This document shows, piece after piece, positions 9,955 through 18,454 of a stretch of 64,000 bases of DNA. A program made the position numbers and the translations under genes. This DNA comes from Nitrosopumilus sp. (lineage in GTDB: Archaea > Thermoproteota > Nitrososphaeria > Nitrososphaerales > Nitrosopumilaceae): contig OZ244651.1 in assembly GCA_965218695.1 (NCBI GenBank), positions 96,001 to 160,000 on the forward strand, given 5' to 3'. The notes below the pieces were generated by a model, which searched no databases, was not told the origin of the DNA, and saw only the letters and a program-made list of their open reading frames with translations. Position 1 is the first letter of the stretch. Every line of letters starts with the position of its first letter.

Positions 9955-10518
9955 ATGGCACAAATGCCGGCATTAATCCCAAAGGAAGTTGAGATTCAGA
10001 GACTAAAGAAGATCTGGCTCATCGTCATTGCTATGGGATCAACTGCTGCGTCAGTCGAAGTAGACAACTTCGTAGATGGTTCCCTACATCAGACCTCTAT
10101 CAGAGACAGTGCATTCACCCCAGCACACTGGTGGCTGTACTCACACTTTGTTGCATTACCACTTGGATGGGGTGCAGCAGCAATCTATGATAGAAAGGTT
10201 CCAATTCTCAGAGGCCCAAACAACTCGATGAACACCGGATTGAAGATGACCATTCTTGGTTATCTTGCAACCATGTTTACGATTGGAATCAACGAGATGT
10301 GGCACTTTTGGTTTGTAGAGGAGATCTTTGCTGTTCCAAACCATTGGATGTTTAACATGGGTGTCGTAGTGGCATTCATGGGCGCACTTGCATACGTGGT
10401 TAGGGTATATGCCCGACTAGTAGAGCTTGGTGCAGAGACTCCAGGTGAGAACCCATACGTTGCAGAAATGTACAAGATGGCCTTGGAAGGCAAGCTGTAC
10501 AGCAGATCAATCCCATAA
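9955..10518 (+). CDS. amoC: Archaeal ammonia monooxygenase subunit C
   Basis: MAQMPALIPKEVEIQRLKK start; DGSLHQ..RDSAFTPAH and NEMWHFWFVEE motifs. Confidence 0.98.
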   Translation: MAQMPALIPKEVEIQRLKKIWLIVIAMGSTAASVEVDNFVDGSLHQTSIRDSAFTPAHWWLYSHFVALPLGWGAAAIYDRKVPILRGPNNSMNTGLKMTILGYLATMFTIGINEMWHFWFVEEIFAVPNHWMFNMGVVVAFMGALAYVVRVYARLVELGAETPGENPYVAEMYKMALEGKLYSRSIP

Positions 10519-11547
10519 TCCTATGTGCAAATTAGCACATTTTTTTATTGATTCCAAGGCAGACGATTTGCCGCATCTGTGCCAGACAAACGAATCCATC
10601 AATGCAGAATGAATCCATATGTGGCTAGGGCAAAAGAGTTCGGTAAAACTGGGCCCATCAAACTGAAAACCATGAAGGCGGGTAGGGATTTTCTGTTCCT
10701 TATTCCGGATGGCAACCATTGCATCATAAGATCTGCCCCTGTGATGCATTTTGACATGCATGTTGGCCGCATTCTGATTAATACCTGCCGTGTCGGCTCC
10801 AAAACGCAATCGGATGTGGGATGGACAGATTATTGCGATTGTGGACACAATCCTGTTCGACAGTAGATGTGATTATGATCCAAGCCCTGCATGATTTCAC
10901 ATGACTGAATCGGGTGACGCTGTACCGGAACTGATCCGGTCCGTGCAGGCGAACCTGCATGTCTGAATAATGAAATGATCTGACTGGGATGAGATCGCAT
11001 GTACAGCAGTTCTGATCCGGAATCATACAGAGACGGATCCGTGGTATGCCTTATGCCTGATGTGGCGTTGTTTGTGGATTTGTGGACTGTTCTAGACCAT
11101 ACAATCAGTCTTCCCAGAAGTACCTGAAAACAGCCCAAAATCAAAACAGATCAATTAGGGCAATCTCAGAAGGTCATCGAACTACCAATGAACCAACTGA
11201 GACGCGACTTGCTTAACAACCCACGCATATATCAAGATGTTCTGGACACGGTAGGGGCAGGCATGTCCCCGTGCATCATGGTCTCACACAGGCACAATGC
11301 CATCTACGGCACCGAGGATTTTCACAGAAGCATGGCAGGCGCATGTGCGCACGGCAGGCAGGTGGCCGGATGCACCAGGTCCTCCAAGAGAATCGGCGGT
11401 GCAGACGGGGACTCACGCCCAAGTGATGAGTGGATGCGCGATGCGGCATCCCGGACGCGTGGCAGCGACGTCTACAAATGCTTTGCCAAGACAGTCGTCC
11501 TGCAGCTTGACCAGATGCGCAAGATGAGACTGCTCAAGAAAGACCAG

Positions 11548-12719
11548 AGACATAATCCGTAATTAGAAATTGTACATATTTTCCTATACTGTGTAGGTTT
11601 TTTGACTCCTATCAGGTTGCTTCCCGGACTAGGAGAACCCTGAGGTTGGCAAATCCGCAGACGATGTCATTGACGGTGTCGTATTTTTTCAGGCGGTTTC
11701 GGTAGACACCGCTCATTATGCGAAACCGTTTGACCCTGCGGATGGCGTGCTCCACATACACCCGTGCCTTTGAGTGCTTTTTGTTGAATTCCTTCTGCTC
11801 GGGGGACAATTCTGCGCCTTTTTGCTTCTTGTACGGCACTACTGCATCCCGGTCAGGAAATTCTTTGTTGATCCCCTGGTATCCGTTGTCCAGGATCTCT
11901 CTGACTTTGATCCTTTCCTTGTCCTTGCTCCCGTCCTTGCGTGGAAGGTTGTCAGGGAATGTCGGGTGTTTCTTCTTGAATACTGCAAAGTCGTGGATCC
12001 TGCCCGGGGAATGCCGGGTCTTGTGAAGGATGAGGCCGTCCGTGGCCGACGTGTACTGGACCTTGGACGTGTGCCTGTGTGCCTTGCCCGAGTAGTGGGA
12101 CCGTTCCATGTCCTTGCGTCCGGGACGCTGTATCTGCTGCTCGGAGGCATCAATCAGGGCAGTCAGGCCAGGAATGATCTCCTCAAGATCGTCAAGCGTC
12201 TTGGTGGCCTTGATGTTGGCGTAGATCTTTGACGGAAGCGGAACGCACTGCCGGATCGACGGCTCCAGTGCCCCCATGCTGCGGGACACACTGGCCTGAC
12301 CCACATGGAACGTCAGGGCAAGAAGATCCTGCGTAGCGTATGTCCTGTAATAAAACAGGACCAGAAGAAACCTGTTTTTCAGATCCAGTTTCCACCTGCG
12401 TCCGGCACCAATGCCGCGCACCCTGCTTCTTTTGGCGAGTCGCTTTTGCTCTGCCTTGGGGTATTTTTTTGCCAGCCGCCCTGCCACCAAATTAAATTCG
12501 GAGACTGTCAGTCCAGTGCACCGGATGAACAGTTTGGGCTTTTTTGCTAATTTGTCGTATAATGACATGCTTTGACATTGGCAATCAGAATAAAACACGG
12601 CTGACGTATAGTTTTGATCATCGGGCAAGTTCGAATTGACATGCAATTCCATGCAGTCAGCCAGATTTGTCCTGCAATGCGTCCAATCTCGTGATTATGC
12701 CCAATTACGGATGATGTCT
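11548..12719 (-). mobile_element. IS5-family (ISL2-like, DDE_Tnp_4) element
   Basis: IRs AGACATAATCCGTAATT / AATTACGGATGATGTCT; 3-bp TSD CAG. Confidence 0.88.
11612..12568 (-). CDS. IS5-family transposase (HTH_Tnp_4 plus DDE_Tnp_4 type)
   Basis: IDASEQ, YSGK, HD, DNGYQG and RVYVEHAIRRVK motifs. Confidence 0.88.
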   Translation of the reverse strand: MSLYDKLAKKPKLFIRCTGLTVSEFNLVAGRLAKKYPKAEQKRLAKRSRVRGIGAGRRWKLDLKNRFLLVLFYYRTYATQDLLALTFHVGQASVSRSMGALEPSIRQCVPLPSKIYANIKATKTLDDLEEIIPGLTALIDASEQQIQRPGRKDMERSHYSGKAHRHTSKVQYTSATDGLILHKTRHSPGRIHDFAVFKKKHPTFPDNLPRKDGSKDKERIKVREILDNGYQGINKEFPDRDAVVPYKKQKGAELSPEQKEFNKKHSKARVYVEHAIRRVKRFRIMSGVYRNRLKKYDTVNDIVCGFANLRVLLVREAT

Positions 12720-13577
12720 CAGGAGATTGACTTGGCAATCGACATGCACCTGATACCCAGATACGACAAGAGCTACGGGGCAGAACTGGTGCGCTCAAAG
12801 GCCAAGGACGGGACACACGTCTTTGAGAGGTACATCACGATACAGTCCACGGTTCAGAACCTTCGCCTCGTGTTAGGCGTCCTGAACATGCCGTCACTTG
12901 AGGATACTGCCGATTTCGTGCGTAAAATCATCGGCTCTGCACGGGACGTGGGGGCCTGCATCGGAATGGCGATGCTGGACAGGGAGTTCTTTACGGCAGA
13001 CGTAATGGGGACGCTTGGGGACATGGGCATCAAATATCTGATACCATGCAAGAATACGGATACTGTGGTGGATGCCATCGCAGAGTTTGCTACAGGCAGG
13101 CGCGGCCGCGTCTCCAAATCCGTCATCGTCGGGGGAGATGGCAGGGAGGTGTCGTATACGATGACCATCACAGAAAGGAAGAAGAGGAAGAAAAGAAAGG
13201 ACGACGACGAGCTGCTGCCGCACGAGAAATACATCGGGTTTGCCACCAACGTCCCCGACGTGGATCCGGACTCGTACGGGAACAGGTGGGGCATAGAGAC
13301 TGGATACCGGATGATAGAAAACACAAGGGCCAAGACGCACAGCAAGAACCCGATGGCGCGACTTTTGTGCTTTGTGTACTCTGTAGCCGTCTTTAACGCT
13401 TGGGTAATGGCAAACGCAACGCTGATGCACGTTACCGGGATTTATCCCACGGATCCCCCGATCACCCAACAGGATCTCAGGGACATGCTGCTGTTGCTGA
13501 TCGTATTTGGCTACAAAGAGCCGCCGGAGCCCCCGCCGCCGGTGCTACCCTGAGCTACTTCTGGGAAGACTGACAAT

Positions 13578-14869
13578 CAGTTAAGTCAAATGTGCGCCCC
13601 AACTACGGAGGCGGTTCAGGCTCCGGTTTGATCTCGAACATGGCCATCATCAAGGTCTCCAAAAATGTGATCTGTGCAATGACTGGCTCGCCGTCCCATC
13701 GGGATTGTGCCAACTCGACGTTTGCGCACACCCACATGTTGTACATGAGCAGCGCGTACGCAAAGTAAATCGTCCTGGGGGCCACGCCGGCGCTCGAGGT
13801 CTTTATCCGGGTATTTTCGATCATCCGGTATCCGGTCTCTATCCCCCAGCGCATGGCGTACTTTTCAACGTCAAGCCAGGGGGCGTTCGTGGCAAACATG
13901 ATGAATTTTTCTTCAGGCTTTAGATCCTTCTTTTCTTTCTTCTTTTTGCTGATTCTCTTTCTTGGGACGATGATTCCATAGTATGACGCGCTGATCTTGT
14001 CGGGGTTGGAGATGCTCATCTTGGATACCTTTTTGGATCCGGTGGATGCATGGTGTGCCAGAGCCTTCTTGATGGGACCTGTGTTGATGCACGGAATCAG
14101 GTACCGCACTCCCGTGGAGTCAAGCGTCCTGATCACGTCCGTGGAGTAAAACTCGCGGTCAAGCAAGAACAGTCTGGGGTTTACGCCTGCATGCCTGACT
14201 TGTTCGATGATTTTACGCACGAAAACTGCATTCAAGGAGTGCTGCGTCATGTTCAGGACCGCAAGGTTCAGCCGCGAGCCCGCGTTGACGCATTGGGCCG
14301 TGATGTACGTCTCAAACACGTTCGTGCCACCCTTGCGCTTGCTGCGCACCAGCTTGTTCTCCCATTTTTTGTCGTACCGCGGTATGAGGTGCTTGTCTAT
14401 TGCCACGACGGGTCTTTTTGGGAACCTTCCTGCTGCCCTGATCGAGGCGACCTGCCCGGATATGATCGTGCCGATGCATCCTTCCGCGAGACCAGTCTCT
14501 ACGTTCTTTGTGCGTTGCCTGAACCACTCTGCAGTCGGCATGCGGGGGTTCCGTGCAGAAGTCGCCATCCTCGACTCCCGGATGGCTGTTACGACCGACG
14601 TCAGGTTGGAGCCGGTCATCACCGCCTTTATCATCATCTTGTGGAATATTTCGGGATCGTAGACGGTGTTGTACCTGTCCGAAAAACTGATGCACGACAG
14701 GCCCCCCAGCATGGCCACGTAGATACGTGAATATATGGAAACATTGTGTCCAATGTTGCGTTTCAGGTGGCGTTTGTTTGGTCGCAATATGTCATCTGGA
14801 ACGCACTTTCATAGATCTGTTTCGGTTCCAGCCTAATCGGGTTCATTTGGTGCACATTTGACTTAACTG
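13578..14869 (-). mobile_element. ISH3-family element (intact)
   Basis: IRs CAGTTAAGTCAAATGTGC / GCACATTTGACTTAACTG; TSD ACAAT (13573-13577, 14870-14874). Confidence 0.92.
13603..14787 (-). CDS. ISH3-family transposase
   Basis: AIDKH, LDREFY and RWGIETGYR motifs; start uncertain. Confidence 0.88.
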   Translation of the reverse strand: MRPNKRHLKRNIGHNVSIYSRIYVAMLGGLSCISFSDRYNTVYDPEIFHKMMIKAVMTGSNLTSVVTAIRESRMATSARNPRMPTAEWFRQRTKNVETGLAEGCIGTIISGQVASIRAAGRFPKRPVVAIDKHLIPRYDKKWENKLVRSKRKGGTNVFETYITAQCVNAGSRLNLAVLNMTQHSLNAVFVRKIIEQVRHAGVNPRLFLLDREFYSTDVIRTLDSTGVRYLIPCINTGPIKKALAHHASTGSKKVSKMSISNPDKISASYYGIIVPRKRISKKKKEKKDLKPEEKFIMFATNAPWLDVEKYAMRWGIETGYRMIENTRIKTSSAGVAPRTIYFAYALLMYNMWVCANVELAQSRWDGEPVIAQITFLETLMMAMFEIKPEPEPPP

Positions 14870-14916
14870 ACAATTAAGAAAGATTTAAAAGGATTCTAAA
14901 ACACCATAATCTCATA

Positions 14917-15279
14917 ATGACTCTTCCAAAGGGATTCGGCTCTGGCAGTGCTGGTGGTTCATCAAGTGCTGATGTAGAACGAATGATTGGAAAACGCGTT
15001 GAAAATATGACCGGTTTGATTACACTCTCATACTGGGCAGCATTGTTGGCCACTTTTGGCGGTACTGCAGCTGGATACTTTTATTATCCTTGGGCATATC
15101 CCACACCAAGCGGTCACTATGCATTCATCGTACTTGCAATCATCGAGGCAATAGGTTACATCTTCTGTGTCAAGGTCATGGAAGAAGGTTCCAACAAGAA
15201 TAGTAATGGTATAGTTGCCGGAAGTATTGCTGCTTCAGTAGCATTTGTACTGTTTGTAGCATTGTTTGTTGGCCATTAA
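14917..15279 (+). CDS. amoX: Ammonia monooxygenase subunit X
   Basis: MTLPKGFG start, TM helices, lies between amoC and amoA; own TATA at 14884-14890. Confidence 0.9.
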   Translation: MTLPKGFGSGSAGGSSSADVERMIGKRVENMTGLITLSYWAALLATFGGTAAGYFYYPWAYPTPSGHYAFIVLAIIEAIGYIFCVKVMEEGSNKNSNGIVAGSIAASVAFVLFVALFVGH

Positions 15280-15890
15280 CTTCGAAGTCCTTAGCACACC
15301 TCTTTTTCATTTTAGGGTAAGAGCAACGCTTGTACAAGTACGCAAAAACGCATAGTCAGGATCAGTCGTGTTCCCATATTTTCTGAGATCCTTCTCGGTT
15401 TCTTCCTGAATGGCGAAGCGATTTGGCGTAAGTCCTGTTTGGTTCACTGCATACTTTGACGGCATTCCATGTTGTTCTGCAGGCATGTCTTGGGCAGTGT
15501 TGTTCACTGCATTCTCTCCTGATACATCCGCCATTCCGATTGGTACCTGCGTGGGTTTTTGTGCACGTGACTGCCGGCGCTTTTGATGAATTGCGCCTCC
15601 ATACTTCAGGCAGGTTGTTCTACTCAGGATAGTAGCGCGTCTACTATGCCGCGTCTTGTGGAACAGTTTGGTCCGTGCATCCTGCGCCAACGTCTGGTCA
15701 TGCCAGATGCCTTTCAGGTCCCTGACAACCACAACCGCGGATACGCAAGATCGCAAAATGAAGACAGTCTGCCATTTCCGGCAAAATCTCCATACATGGG
15801 TCCTGATATGGGGGGTTTTGGGCGTTTGGGCATGTAATTGCCATAAATGCACTCTAAAATTTTATATATTGACGATTTTCTAAACTGTTT

Positions 15891-16541
15891 ATGGTCTGGT
15901 TAAGACGATGTACCCACTACTTATTCATAGTAGTAGTTGCAGTTAACTCTACACTGTTAACGATTAATGCAGGTGACTACATCTTCTACACTGATTGGGC
16001 CTGGACTTCGTACACGGTATTCTCAATATCGCAGACGTTGATGCTTGTTGTAGGTGCAACATACTACCTAACATTTACAGGCGTTCCAGGTACCGCGACG
16101 TACTACGCCCTGATTATGACAGTCTATACATGGATAGCCAAAGGTGCATGGTTTTCCCTTGGATATCCATACGACTTCATTGTAACGCCAGTCTGGTTGC
16201 CATCCGCAATGCTGTTGGATTTGGTATACTGGGCTACGAAGAAGAACAAACACTCGTTGATACTGTTCGGCGGCGTACTTGTAGGAATGTCATTACCATT
16301 GTTCAACATGGTAAACCTGATAACAGTCGCAGACCCACTAGAAACGGCATTCAAATACCCAAGACCGACACTGCCACCATACATGACACCGATAGAACCG
16401 CAGGTAGGCAAGTTCTATAACAGCCCAGTTGCTCTAGGTGCAGGTGCAGGTGCAGTCTTGGCATGTACGTTTGCAGCCCTAGGTTGTAAGCTCAATACAT
16501 GGACTTACAGATGGATGGCCGCATGGTCCAAGTGGGATTAA
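15891..16541 (+). CDS. amoA: Archaeal ammonia monooxygenase subunit A
   Basis: MVWLRRCTHYLF...NAGDYIFYTDWAW...WMAAWSKWD, 216 aa. Confidence 0.99.
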   Translation: MVWLRRCTHYLFIVVVAVNSTLLTINAGDYIFYTDWAWTSYTVFSISQTLMLVVGATYYLTFTGVPGTATYYALIMTVYTWIAKGAWFSLGYPYDFIVTPVWLPSAMLLDLVYWATKKNKHSLILFGGVLVGMSLPLFNMVNLITVADPLETAFKYPRPTLPPYMTPIEPQVGKFYNSPVALGAGAGAVLACTFAALGCKLNTWTYRWMAAWSKWD

Positions 16542-16741
16542 ACCCAACCTTCCTTTTCCTTTTCTAAGCGTCTCCTAGAGTGTGCCCTGCATGTCTGATG
16601 GGAACCAAGCATGCATTCGGTCAAACGCTGCAATTTACGCCTGAATAAAGGATCATGTCTGGCACACGTTCGAAAAAACTATGCACATTGTCGTCATATC
16701 TTGCTTCTGGATCTGTTAAAAATATTTTTTGAACGATTGCT

Positions 16742-17596
16742 GTGGTTCAAAGGCAGATTCTTGCAACTTCTAAACCGTTTCTAAAATGGGCAGGTGGGAA
16801 GCGCCAGCTGATTCATGTGTTGAATGAGAACGTCCCTGACACGTTTGGAAGATATTTTGAGCCGTTCCTGGGAGGCGGGGCACTGTTGTTTCATACGATG
16901 GCTACCAGACCCGGCCATGAGTACAGAGTATCTGATCTGAACCCGGATCTTGTCTGTTCGTATGTTACAATCCGGGACAAGGTAGATGATCTGATCTCCT
17001 CCCTTAGGGTTCATGCAAAGAGATATCATCGTGAACCCCAAGAGTACTATTATGAAGTACGTGCAAGCCGGCCTAATGGCAATGTGGAAAAGACATCCCG
17101 GACGATATTTCTGAACCGGACCTGTTTTAACGGGCTGTATCGGGTCAACAGTAAGGGACTCTTTAACGTGCCTTTTGGAAAATACCCCAACCCCAAAATC
17201 GTAAACGAGGACAATCTACGCTCTGTGAGTTGGGCCCTGAGGGACAACAGCGTATCGATCATGTGCCGCGATTTTGAGTCGATTCTTGATGAGGCTTGTG
17301 AGGGAGACTTTGTCTACCTCGATCCTCCGTATCAGCCGGTAAGTTCTACTGCCAGCTTTACCAGTTATACCAAGAAGGATTTTGTAGACGGCGGACTGGA
17401 AAGGCTTGCCAGACTCTGCACAAGGCTGGATTCGAAGGAGTGCAGGGTTCTCCTCTCAAACTCCGACTCTGAGGAGGTCATTGATCTGTTCTCTTCCAGA
17501 CCGTGGAGTATTGACAGGATTCGCGCAAACCGTGCGATCAACTCCAACCCTAAAAGAAGGACAGGTCACTTTGAACTTTTAATAAAAAACTACTAG
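16742..17596 (+). CDS. dam: Dam-like (D12 class) N6-adenine DNA methyltransferase, orphan
   Basis: PFLKWAGGKRQL, EPFLGGGA, FNGLYRVN and DPPY motifs; no adjacent restriction enzyme. Confidence 0.92.
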   Translation: MVQRQILATSKPFLKWAGGKRQLIHVLNENVPDTFGRYFEPFLGGGALLFHTMATRPGHEYRVSDLNPDLVCSYVTIRDKVDDLISSLRVHAKRYHREPQEYYYEVRASRPNGNVEKTSRTIFLNRTCFNGLYRVNSKGLFNVPFGKYPNPKIVNEDNLRSVSWALRDNSVSIMCRDFESILDEACEGDFVYLDPPYQPVSSTASFTSYTKKDFVDGGLERLARLCTRLDSKECRVLLSNSDSEEVIDLFSSRPWSIDRIRANRAINSNPKRRTGHFELLIKNY

Positions 17597-17713
17597 GGCG
17601 GCATGTTCTGATGCGGCATATCAAGTTGCATTCTGTGGACTCCTGTCATGATGGATTTTGGACGAACATGACTGCTTGTAGCATGATCTGTTACAGATGT
17701 TGATGATGAATGA

Positions 17714-17787
17714 AGCTTCGAGCGGGATCCGGACCCGCGACCTTTACCTTACCAAGGTAACGCTCTACCAGGCTGAGCTATCGAAGC
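17714..17787 (-). tRNA. tRNA-Thr(GGT)
   Basis: Cloverleaf with anticodon arm TTACC-TTGGTAA-GGTAA; atypical T-loop TCCGGAT. Confidence 0.9.
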
Positions 17788-17884
17788 AATACCTTTCCAA
17801 GATGCAAAATCCTTATAATTCTTCACGTATGGCGCAATCCTACTTCTCTAAACTGTTAAATCTTGTACACCTATTTACAATTCC

Positions 17885-18005
17885 GGAGGAGTAATCAAGC
17901 CTGGCCAAAGTAAGTACTTGTACTTTTGGACATGCAGGACTTAAGATCAAATAATGGGTGATCCTGTTCCTAAGGGGTTCGCGGGTTCAAATCCCGCCTC
18001 CTCCA
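17885..18005 (+). tRNA. tRNA-Leu(TAA) with two introns (17911-17931 in the D arm; 17946-17960 at 37/38)
   Basis: Removing 21 + 15 nt gives an 85-nt cloverleaf with long variable arm; BHB-like junctions. Confidence 0.9.
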
Positions 18006-18392
18006 CTACTCTGGATGTCTGACTCCTCTGGCGTTCAGGATCTCGTAGACATCAGGCAGTGAGAACACAAATCCTACATGTACACAGTTCTTCTCCTCAC
18101 ATAGGAAGCAGAACAGTTCTCCATTCTGGATTGCAACCTCGACAATCCTGTTTTTGATGTTGTCCTTTAGTATTACGCGATCATCATCTATGCTGATCTT
18201 TTCAAGCTTTGGTGCGTACACTGCAAACGTCTTGTCCTTCCTCATTGCCTCCTCAAGCATGTATGTCACATAACCTGAAAAGCTGTTGACGCCCCTCGTC
18301 GCAAGGTCATTTTTACTCTGCTCATAGACCTCTTGGAACCTATCGTAGATGTTCTCCGAAACCGTTATTGATTTGAATCCTGCTTTTGGCAA
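18006..18392 (-). CDS. Conserved hypothetical protein (RHH-like N-terminus, C-terminal Cys/His zinc motif)
   Basis: 128-aa ORF with TTG start; CFLCEEKNCVH motif. Confidence 0.75.
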   Translation of the reverse strand: MPKAGFKSITVSENIYDRFQEVYEQSKNDLATRGVNSFSGYVTYMLEEAMRKDKTFAVYAPKLEKISIDDDRVILKDNIKNRIVEVAIQNGELFCFLCEEKNCVHVGFVFSLPDVYEILNARGVRHPE

Positions 18393-18454
18393 TTTACTTT
18401 CCTGTTACTGTACATTAAAGTACCTGTGTATATAACCTTTTATGGTGGTGCGGG

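Larger units (their letters stand above)
11188..13553 (+). pseudogene. ISH3 transposase split by an insertion
   Basis: Removing 11548-12722 rejoins the frame as ...KKDQEIDLAIDMH...; LDREFF and RWGIETGYR motifs. Confidence 0.9.
11106..13572 (+). mobile_element. ISH3-family element interrupted by an IS5-family element
   Basis: IRs CAGTCTTCCCAGAAGTA / TACTTCTGGGAAGACTG; TSD ACAAT (11101-11105, 13573-13577). Confidence 0.92.

Noticed and set aside
15307-15852. 181-aa ORF between amoX and amoA
   Set aside because: Non-protein-like composition, antisense to the cluster, and its start overlaps the amoA promoter region
16742-17596. Restriction-modification defence system
   Set aside because: No endonuclease adjacent; flanked by amoA and tRNAs, consistent with an orphan methylase
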